A DNA stretch of 64,000 bases from Anaeramoeba ignava BMAN. Its lineage: Eukaryota > Protista > Anaeramoebae. A model generated the notes under the pieces. That model saw only the letters and a list, made by a program, of their open reading frames with translations. It had not been told where the DNA came from and did no database searches. A program made the translations under genes and the position numbers. The stretch is taken from positions 496,001 to 560,000 of the forward strand of contig JAPDFW010000136.1 of NCBI GenBank assembly GCA_028826165.1, in the 5' to 3' direction. Below are positions 26,901-37,524 of the stretch, piece after piece; position 1 is the stretch's first letter, and each line of letters begins with the position of its first letter.

Positions 26901-29900
26901 CTTCCATAAAATCCGTTATATTCAATCAAGTGCTTGAGAAAGGCTGTTGTTTGTTGAGTTTCATACTCGTCTGGTTGGGGCATGTTCAGATCATCAATGA
27001 ATATGATCAATTTTTTTCCCAGAGTAGGCCCATAAACTCCTCGTGTTCGCTTTTCTATGTGATCTAAAATGGTATTTTGGATGAACCGACTTGTTGTGGT
27101 GTTTGTGAGATTCAATTTCAAAATTGTATGACTTTCTCTCGCCAACGATCTCAAATAATTTTCAATAATTACTGTTTTGGCAGTGCCTGTGTGCCCAATA
27201 AACAAAACTGGCTTGGAAATTTTCACAAACAAATCAAGCAGAAAACCGTATCGAACTGTATCTGAAGTACTTACAAGCATCCCGTCAATAGAAGGATCAT
27301 ATGGGTGCGAGAGCTCTTCCCACAGTCTCCATTTGCCTTGGATCTCATCAAAGAAACAATCAAATAGTGTGTGCTCTTTTGGGAAAGTGCCAAAGCTTTC
27401 GTTTTCATTTCTCAAATAAATCTTCTTGATTACCTCATCCAATTCCTTTCGGGAATCAGCAACTAGAGATGAGCCTATTGACCAAATAATTGCAAAAATG
27501 AATATTGATTCAACTGTCCAAGGATCATCAAGCACTAGCTTTCCATTTTGTGTATTTTTGGAGAGGAAAGAATCCAAAATAGTCGTCAACTGAAATATCA
27601 TATTGTTTTTTGTTTGTGGGATGATTTTTGGTAAATCTTCGCACACAGCAAAACATTCAGGAAGATATTTTTGATAAAGCATATGAAAAAGATGCTCCCT
27701 TTCTTTACACAGAGATTGAACCTCATCGTTTGATTTTTGGAGTTCTACCGAAATTACAGGAATTTCTTCCCTCATTCCAAAATCAGCTTGCATTGATTCT
27801 TTGGCAGAAAAGCGTTGCTTACTCCACTTCATAAATAAAGAAAGAGGAGTCACGCTTGAGCTATCCACGTAAATCATGCCGCATCTTGATATGGTTGCTG
27901 GTGATGCAAACCGGAGATCTGAAACTTCGAATAGAAGTGAGCAGTGCGGTTGTAATCTTATTCTCTCCCCATTGGGAAGTACAAGCAACTTATTATCATC
28001 CATCAAGGAATTCATATCCTCCACGTATCGCGCATCAAGATCTCCATCAAGAAGGATTCTACGGAATTCATTTGCATCTTCTCCTAACGGCTTGTTGATT
28101 TCTCGGAAAATGCTACTGAAAATGCCGTCATTCCAATTTCTTGTCACAGTATCCAATTTACCATACAGCTCACTTAAATCAATTGCCTTTGGGTTCAACG
28201 CATAAATTTTGGTTTTATTGCCAAGGATTGTCATCGCCTTCGATAATGTTTGGATGATAGTGCTGTTGTGCGTGACTGTTCCGTCTGAAAGAAGAAATCT
28301 CTCCTCTTTGTTTTTAGGCTCTAGTTGAAATCCATAGAATTCGTTCTTTGCCTTTGCATAAATTTTCAATGGATAATAAATTAGAAATGTTTCTCCACTA
28401 AAAAAAATTCCAAAATGATTTTTTGGGGATTTTTCTATCAGATCAATCTCGTCCCAAATGTTTGAATTTGCAAATTGAATAAGAACAACACCTTCTTGCT
28501 GATTTACTCTCCAGAATTCCATTTTCTTTTCTTTGGCGAAACAACAGATCATTTTTCTGAACATTTGAAAAAAGATGAGCTCTTCTTCTGTTCGAATTGG
28601 GAAAGATAAATCAAAATGATCTTCTTTTTTACTGAATGAAATCCCCATAAAGGAATATATTATTCCTGCAAGAAAAGTCAAGAGATTTTTTCGAGCTTGA
28701 TCATCTCGATCCAAATTGATTTTATCAAATTGTGCCATTTTTTCACATCCTAATTTCACAATTTTATGTTTTTCTTTTTGCTGTTCGCATTTTGAGAATG
28801 CGCTCCCTATGATAAATCCAAGAAGAAAAGGCTCTTCATATATCGTTTCAAGTTTCAGATATTCAATTCGAAACCTCCGAAAGCCATAATGTTTTCGTTT
28901 CCATTGGGGTGATTTTCTGAGATAGCTCCTTATGGAAATATCAACTACTCGCATCTCTTCAATATTGAAGAGAGACAGAATATGGAATTCATTGATTTGA
29001 TAACTGATGCCAAGATACTGTTCAATTTCAAACATCTTCCCAAATCCGCGAGTTGTTTTCAGAACTTTTCGAGGCTGGAAATCATCTCCCATTACAAATT
29101 CACCTTGTTTAATTTTATCTACAAATTTAGCTGTATTGTTGGACATGAGAATTGGGGTATTTTTGCCTAAGCACTTTCCCGATCTGGTTCCACCCACAAG
29201 CATTACTGTGTGTCTTGTTTGCATGGTTTCATATAATTGAATCATCTTCCCAATTTGGTGCGGAATTTCTTGCAACGCCTCCATTTCCAGCGCTTGCTTG
29301 ATCGCAGAAACTAAATCTCCATTTAATTGAGGATCATTGATTGCGACATCAGGGAACATATCTTGAACTAATCCTTTAAACAGCGGGAGATCAAATTCCA
29401 CCATCTTGGGTTTGTTCGAATCTAAAATGGCTTTCATCAAAACATCCTCTTCTTTTTCTTCGGATTTCCTTTTCAAAGAGCCTGCCCTCACAAGAACACT
29501 TTTGACGGCTCTTAATCCAAAATCATAATGCAATTGTTTGGAGAGCTGAATCTTCGCTAATTTATAAATGAGAGCCATTTTCTTAGCGAGTATTTTGGCT
29601 TGGGAAAATCCTTCCGAAAAAAGCATGATTTCGCATATTAGCGATGTATCTGGCACTGTCATTACCTTTTTAGATGAATTGTGATAGTTTTTTTTTTTGA
29701 AAAAGATTTGGAAAGAATTGTTATTTTTTGTTTTTCTGAATTATTTCACTGTTTGAACTTGCTTACCACGGGGCGAAAGAGAGCCTTTAAAGAATCTGGG
29801 AGTTCAGAACGACCTAAATATCCAGGATTCATGGTAATGTGAAACCCACATTTGGGATCAAGCGTTATTTCGCGATTTTCGAAACTGAACTTTTGGGTTC

Positions 29901-32900
29901 CAATCTGTAATGCGTTTTGGATCGTTTTTAATTGACTGGAAACAACTGATAATGTTGCTGGTTCAAGTCGATTGAATTCATCAAAGCATCCCCATGCTCC
30001 GCATTGAACAAGACCAGCAAAAAAAGAGCTCATTACTCGATAATCCATTCCTTCTCCGCAATTTATCACAACGCATTTCAACGCTAAAGCTTTTGAGAGA
30101 TCCCGAACAGATTCTAGAAGAGAAAAAGAAAAATGTTTGTTTTCCTTTCCCAAATAAAAAAAGAGAAGCAATATCACTTACCCGTTTTCCCTGTTCCAGC
30201 TTGTAGAATCGAAAATAAGAAGAAAAAAAAAAAAGATAAAATGAGAGATCTAAAAAAATCATTCCCATTTTGAAAGTTTGAGAAATTAAAATGATTTACC
30301 TGGACCTGCAGGAGCGGAACCCAAATTTAGCGACAAAGCTTGTGTGACAGTGAGATTCATTCGGTCAGTTAAAGGAGTAATCACTAATCTTCCGTTCAAT
30401 CCCATATATTCATATCCATATTCGAATTTTCCTGTTCCTTGTCTCACTACAACGGTGTCTTCTTCTCTGTCCCAATAAAATCTTAATTGAGATTGCCACT
30501 CAAATTGTGTTTCGTCAGGAACTGAATCTCTCACTAATTTGCTGACAACTTCTCTTGCATGAACATCAATAATAATCATTGTATTTAATTTCTTTCGATC
30601 TTGCTTTGTGAGATCGGTTTGGATCACTTGTGTAAGATCTGAAATTTGATCGGACAATCGCTCGAGTAATTTTTTCATTGAATGCAATTCGCCTTGTTTC
30701 ATCATTTCAAACGCATATTCTACTTGGAAGGTCCAAAAGATCTGACTTCCAACAAGTGAAACCATTCCTATTTGTAATTTGGGAATTTTTGGGGATGAAT
30801 TGATTTTCATTTGTTTTGTATTTTTCCAAACAATTACATACCTGGATATTTTCGGATCCATTCGATTCGTGGAATCTTGGGATAGTAGAATAAAGCTTCC
30901 TTGGTTAAAAGTCGCAAACTTTTCCTCATTTCTGCTTCAACATTTGTCATCCATGTCTCGACATTTCCCTCCACAGGAACGGAATCATGAAAATTGAGAT
31001 GTTCTCCTTCTGGGGAAATCATTCCATCCACAATGTAGGAGGATTCTTGGTTCTCAGAAAAGGAGCCAATTTTGCGAAATTTGAGAGAAAGGGTGTTATC
31101 AAATAACTTAATGATATGCTCTTGGATGCTAGTTTGGTCGCTTGTTCCAAGAATGCTGAGAAGATCGTCATCGGAAATGAAATAGAAACGCGGAAACAAA
31201 GCCCGTTTGTAATCTAAATAGTTCTTCAGACTTTTTTGGCATGATTCTAATTGGTTCAACAACGATTTGAGGAACTCTAATCTCCCTTCCTGGAGACAAG
31301 CTTCCAGTACATTGGGATTTTGTGCGGTTTGGCTCATGATCTTACTGAAATGTTTATCGGCACCAGAAAACTTTTTTGCTTCTTGAGGTAACTGAGCAAC
31401 GATATCTTCTGAATTAAAAATGTTCTCTAAATAAATCCATTTCTTCTGCATTGATATCCACACCTCGATCACTTCCGAAATCAAAGAAAGTCTCTTTTCC
31501 CACAATCGAATTGAATCAGTGAAGGGTTCTGCAAAAGGAGATGAGCTCATTGACTGCACATTCAAATTCTGTTCGTCAACAAGAGTGATGATCTCATCCA
31601 CAGAGCTCAAGACAAGTCCTCGCTCCTCATTCCCCCGTGAGTACTTTCTGACTTCAAAATTCATTGAGTGCGTCCATTTTTCTTCGATCGAAAAAATCTC
31701 TTTTTCGATTACATCTTCTTTCATGGCTCTTATAGTTATTTGTCCAATTATATCAGCGAATCTGGTTAATTCCATTTGCAAAACACTTCCAAGAGTGAAG
31801 TTTTTTGAACCAAGCGCGAAATTTGTGTTTGTGCTGGATTGAAGTTGTTGCCAATGTCTTGGTTGAAGAGATGGGTTTTTCAAATCTTGTATTAAAGGCA
31901 TATTGTGCTTGAACTCCAGAATTTCCTTCTCGATCCCTGTCAAGAGTGCAGATTTCTTATATTGAGGAATTTTGTCAAGCTTTCGTATTTTGGTTTCGAA
32001 ATCTCCAATTATCTGGTTCATTTCTTCAAGTGCTAAATCCTGCCAAAGTGTATCGCACCAAGATTGGATTTGTTCTTTTTGTTGTTTCCACAGCTCGAAA
32101 AGTGGCTTCAAAATATTGAGCTGCTTTTCAATTATTGTCAGTGATTCGATAGAATCAATTTCAAGATGAAAAAGTTTATACTCCTCATCTGTCTTTTGCA
32201 CTTTCTGGAGATTCTCCTCGAACAATTTGAGGAATTTCTGGTATATGGAAAAAGAGTCATTTATTGATATACTGTTGTTTGTGAGTAAGTTTTGATTTTC
32301 GAAATCTTTTGCGAATGCATCAATCTCTTGGGAGATGGTTTTCCTTTGTTTTTTAGTTTTTTCTGCAAAATGGGCTTTTGTTTGCTCCAATCCTTTTTCT
32401 GTTTCAGAGGCTGTCATTTGCAAATTTTCTTTTTTTTCTTGAACGGAAACTAAAATTTCTGGAAGATTTGCCTTTTGTTCTTCTTTTTCATTTTGTTTCG
32501 GTTCAATGTCGAATTTCTCCAAGATTTGGATTTGTTGAGAAATTTCCTGAATTTCTTCGTTCATTGAAACAGCACACTCTCTAATTTGGGAAATTAAATT
32601 TAGAATTTTTTTCAAATCTGGAAGATCGCGAATTTTCTGGTTTTTTGTATGGAGAAGATCCTGTAAGAGGCTATCTATTTTGGAATCTAATTTGATTAAA
32701 TGTTGTTTCACGTTCTGGATGAGAATGTTTCCATATCGTTCGTTTTTCCATTTGCGAGCTTCATATCTTGCGATGCTTACCAAAGATTTTATATTAACAG
32801 CAATAAATTGATTTTCCAGATTTTTTTCTTTTGAACTGGTGGATTCCATTTCTTCAATTTGCGAAATGATATTGATCCATTCTTCGAATTTCAGTTCGAA

Positions 32901-35900
32901 ATGATTCAGTGTCAATTTTTTGGATTGAAATTGCTGAATCTGTTCAATCGGATCTACAAATAGAATGAGGATAAATGTATCCCAATCCTGTTGTATTTTT
33001 TGCGCAAGGAATTGTGTTCTTTCTTGGGTATATTGGTCAATTTCTTTCATGAGCTGCATTAAGTTTCCATTTTTCAAGACTTCATCCCGAAAAGATGGAA
33101 CAGATAATTTATCTCTTCCCGGTATTTTTTTCGGTATTTCTTTGATACATGTCCCTGAAATCCAACGAATAAAAAATTTACTTGAATCAACAATTTCTTG
33201 TATTGTTTGGCCGATTTTTTCTTCCAGTTCTTTCATTTTTGGGGAAAAAGAAATACCAGAAGAATCCATGAAAGCTTGAATTTCGATCATCTCTTTTTTG
33301 TTTTGAAATTTACTAAAGAGCAATTTCAAATTATTCTCAAGCATCTAATTTATGAAGAAAAAAAAACGAGAATAGAAAATTGCATAAATAAGGTAAATTA
33401 CGAGAGGTGTTTTATATGTGTATTAATTTTACATGCGTAATAGCTTTTTGGATTTCGGTTTCTATCAAGGAATAATACTTTTTGAGTTTTGGAGACGAGT
33501 TCGTTTTGGTTCCAAAAATAATTTGCTCAATTTGCTCAATGTATTTCGGTATTTGTGAATATTTTTGGATCATTTCCTCAACTTTTTGTTTTTTCCTGGA
33601 AGATAAAAATTGAAAGAAATGCTCAAATTCCATGACTTGATCAGGGAAAGAAAGTAAAATGGATTCTCGTATTTGTGCCAAGGTTGTGTCAATTTTCTGA
33701 GTCCAAGAATCCACTTTTTCAACTAATCCTTTAAGTTCGTTTACAGACTAATTCAAAAAAAAAACCGATGGTTAGTAAAAGAAAAAAAAAGAACAAATTA
33801 GAGAAATACCTTTTGTCCTTTTTCAATGAATTCATTTAATGATAAAGTAGTCAAATTAATCACAGAGAAACAAGGCTTGAGTAAATTCAAAACATTTTGA
33901 ATATGTGGGTGCATAATATGACTTTCACGAGAATGTATTTTGGGGATGATTTGATTATAATTGTTTACGAGGCATTCAAGTTGACTGCTCAATGATTCAA
34001 ATCTGGGCATTTGAAGTGCAATTTCATTGGCAAATTGAGGAATTTTTTGCTGAAAACCAAGATTATTAATCTGATGAATTTGCGTAATCATTTCAAATAA
34101 TGAAGGAGCAATATTAACTCGCAGGAAAAGTCCATCTCTCTTTAAAACTGCGTTTCTGGCAGAGGGAACCAAAGTAGAATTGATATTTTCGTTGAATTGC
34201 GCTATTACTTGTTTATTAAATGACAAAATCTTTCTGCCCACCTGAGAGTATTTTTTGATAATTAGAGCACCTTTTTGAGACTTGAAGTTAAAATAAGAAG
34301 AACTTCGAAATGTAAGCATGGGGCTTTTGATTTTCAGAAAAAGATCCAAGCTCCATTCAAGAATTTGCGATGTTTTCCATTTTGTTTTTGTTGACTTTTC
34401 ATTTTCGAATTGGTGGTCAACTGCGTCAATTTCAGCCGAAAGCATATCCAGAACAAGAGAAAATTTCTCACTCTCAGTAATTTCAAACATTTTCAATAGT
34501 TCATAGCAACTTTGTGAAGAGTTTAGAGTATGGAAAGTTTTTTCGAGCAAAAGATTTGTTTTGGATTGTGTGTTTTGGGACATTTTGTTGAATGTTTTTT
34601 TGAATATAATCCATTTGGATTTTTCTTCTTTGTCATTACCAAAAGGCTCAAAATCAATTTCTTGAGCAAGATGGAAAATCTTCTCCCGATCGTGGAAAAT
34701 GGAGCGTTTCGTTTCCAAATCCTCTTTTGATCCAAGCTTTTCAATCACAATTAAAAATTTGTCGATTGTTGCCAATTTTTGTTTCATTTCAATCAAATCA
34801 TCACAAACTTGGTTTATGTAATCAAGATGATTAAAAAGGATTGTTCGGTCGAATTCCCATCGATTCGCTCCTTTTGTTTTTTCAATTTTCGCACGGGTTT
34901 CTAAATATCCCTTTTTCACTTTCATCGTGATTTGTTTTGCTTGATCGATTTCTTCCTCTATATCAAAAGAATCAGGATTATTATTTATTTCTGCTTTATG
35001 ATCTGGATGCGTGTTGCTTATTCCACATAAATCCCTTTCATCGATATCTTTTTCTTGAACAAAAGATTTCATTTGGTGTTCTTCTCTTCCAAAAACTTTT
35101 TCAGCAGTCACTTTGAATTGGATTGCCTGCTCAATATCCAAAATAATCAATTGGAGCAATTCGAACATCAATTGATCTGTATTGTAAAACTTGCTGAGAA
35201 TCCAAATCAATCGGAGTGAATCAAAAAGATTGGGCATATTTTCTGCAATTTCCCTGAGACTGTGACTGGAAACAATTATATCAATGTGATTCTCCAAACT
35301 GTCAAGAAATTTTGTATTTTCGCGTGCTTGATTGGCGAGATTTGATAACTCTGTAAAATATTGGTGAAATTTCCGAACTAGTGCTGTGTCTCGTTCACCG
35401 GAAAGTATTGTTTTGATTGTGGTTTCATTTTGCTGAAATTGCGAAACCATACTTGAGAAAATGGAGTATCGGTCTCTCCAGTAATGAATTTCAGACATTG
35501 CTCCTTTTCCATATTTTTGTGAGTCTTTTTCGATTTGAATAACAGAAGTGATTGATTTGATCCATTTTCGGATGATTTTTTGATAATTATTTTGCGTGAT
35601 CTTTTCAGATGGCTTTTGCATTTGATGCTGATCTCTATTTGTTCCAGAGGAATTGATGGAATCAAAAATGGAACCATTTTGTTTCCAATTAAACGAAGGT
35701 TTTGCTCGAGAATTTGATTTTGTGAAAAGATGTTGATTTGGAGGATTGCTTTGGGTTTTTGTTTGAGAATTAAGAGAAGTATGCGGCATTTTGATATGGA
35801 TTTTCTGGAATGTTTCCATTCGGTGTATCGCAGCGGAAAGTGCTTTTGAGAATTGCTTGATCATAATTCCAGATTTCTGGTTTTGGAAAAGTGGATAATA

Positions 35901-36287
35901 CACATTCTGAAGAGTACTATTGAATATTTTGAGAGAATTTGCACTGTTTAAAGTCGCAAACGAAAATTCTTGTTTTTGATCTCTGTTTTCTTGGTTTATG
36001 AAGTAAATGGAATCGTTGTTTGTGGTTATTTCTTCAATTAACGATGATTGAGGAGTTGATTTTGAATCTTCAATAACATCAACTCGAATATTTTCTTTTT
36101 TTTTCGATTTTTTTTTTGGAAGAGAAAAAATGATCGCTTTTGGTTGATTTGCAATTTTTTGGATTGCTTCTTCTAGTTCCTTTTGATCATGATCATCAAA
36201 AGAATTCGAATCTTTTGAAAAATGAACAAAAACTAAATTTTTCATCCAATCAATGAATGAAAGTTCTGTATTCTTTTCTTGATCCAT
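20951..36287 (-). CDS. DNAH10: Axonemal dynein heavy chain, DNAH10/I1-alpha-like, intein-containing (about 4947-aa precursor, about 4644 aa after protein splicing); exons 36287-33810, 33747-33433, 33344-30842, 30767-30300, 30199-30182, 30113-29767, 29665-20951
   Basis: Six GT-AG introns of 62-101 nt join all ORF pieces in frame. Motifs include FPRFYFISDDDLLSILG, GYEYMGLNGRLVITPLTDR, GPAGTGKTE, WGCFDEFNR, ITMNPGYLGRSELPDSLKALFRPVV, ICEIMLFSEGF and QLSKQLHYDFGLRA. The AAA3 P-loop GHTGTAKT and the C-terminal MGVGYLFDA...FWIL resemble DNAH10. The start codon and subfamily are inferred. Confidence 0.9.
28265..29173 (-). mobile_element. Intein (303 aa, class 1, degenerate LAGLIDADG homing endonuclease) in the dynein AAA2 Walker A motif
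   Basis: In-frame insertion GGTRSGK|CLGKNTPILMSNNTAKFVDKIKQGEFVMGDD...SYQINEFHILSL...EFYGFQLE...RFLLSDGTVTHN|STIIQTL. It has Cys1, a block B NxxH, block F, a terminal His-Asn and a +1 Ser. Removing it restores GxxxxGKS. Confidence 0.96.
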
Positions 36288-36616
36288 AAAGAGATACAAA
36301 AAATTTGAAAAGAAAAAATAAAAAAATTTTTTTTGTGGATTTTGATTTTTAAATGTGACATTTCTATTTCCACATTTTTTTTTTGGAAAATTGACATTGA
36401 TATTTTTTTTTTCTTTTTGAAATTGTATTCAAAAATAATTAAAAATCTAATTATTATTTCCAATTTTGAAAATTTATAAAATGGAGAGAAAATTGAATTT
36501 TTTTTTTGATTTTCAAAATTATTGATTTTTTTACATTAGAAATCAAAAAAGAAAAATGAAAAAAACTTTTTCATTTTTTTCTTTTTTCTAAATTTTTTTA
36601 TAAATTGAATTAAATT

Positions 36617-37259
36617 ATGATAAGTGGCTTGCTAGTTATTTTGTGTGTTTCCTTAATTATTTCTATTAATTTTTATTAAATTTTTATTAAATTTTTATTA
36701 AATTTCTATTAAATTATATTAAAATTTTATTGAATTTATATTTAATTTATATTTAATTTTTATTAAATTTTTATTTAATTTAAATTAAATTTCTATTAAA
36801 TTTATATTAAATTTTTATTTAATTTTTATTAAAATTTATATTAATTTTTATTAATTTTTATTAAATTTATATTAAATTTTATTAAATTTTTATTAAATTT
36901 ATATTAAAATTTTATTAAATTTTTATTAAATTTTTATTAAATTTTTATTAAATTTATATTAAATTTCTATTAAATTTTTATTAAATTTATATTAAATTTA
37001 TATTAAATTTTTATTAAATTTTATTAAATTTATATTAAATTTATATTAAATTTATATTTAATTTTCTTTTAGTACTTTAATTCTGAATGGATTCGCAATT
37101 ATTAGAATTAAAAAACCTCAAATTATTCCAAATGAAACTGAAGAAAATGAAATTAAAAAAAGAATTTATTCAATAATTTCCAAAATTAGAAAATTTAAAA
37201 TTTTAATTTTAATTTGGAATTTAATCCTTATTTTTTGCATGTTTATTTTATTTAATTAA
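36617..37259 (+). CDS. SMIM7: SMIM7/UPF0608-like small integral membrane protein (70 aa); exons 36617-36642 and 37073-37259
   Basis: The spliced product is MISGLLVIFTLILNGFAIIRIKKPQIIPNETEENEIKKRIYSIISKIRKFKILILIWNLILIFCMFILFN. It matches the SMIM7 pattern as I recall it (TLLxN...IxxWNxxxxFCMxxLF). It is absent from the ORF track. Confidence 0.8.
36660..37060. repeat. 11-bp minisatellite (ATTAAATTTTT/ATTAAATTTAT) filling the SMIM7 intron (36643-37072)
   Basis: Visible tandem array between a GT donor and a TTTTAG acceptor. Confidence 0.9.
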
Positions 37260-37524
37260 TTAATAAATAAATAAATTACAAAAAAAAAAAAATCAACCGT
37301 TAAAACTTAAAAAAAAATTTTATAATTCTTCTTTCAAAAAGAAATCAAAAACCGTTAAAAAAAATATAATTTCAAAAAATTTTTTTTTTTTGATTAAAGA
37401 AGAAAAAGTATTAACGGTTATTGTGCTAAATTTTAATTTTTTTTTTTTTACAAGTTTGGAAAATCTTTATATTTATTTTTCTTTCTTCAAATTTTTTATT
37501 CTTTTTTTTAAAATCAATTTTAAA

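Noticed and set aside
25990-27200. Additional inteins at the AAA3 and AAA4 P-loops or in other genes
   Set aside because: GHTGTAKT and GNDGIGKK are uninterrupted, and I saw no other Cys...His-Asn insertion in the window.
20977-35677. Many short antisense or alternative-frame ORFs over the dynein, RhoGEF, actinin and coiled-coil genes
   Set aside because: They are shadow ORFs of long coding exons and have no recognisable motifs.
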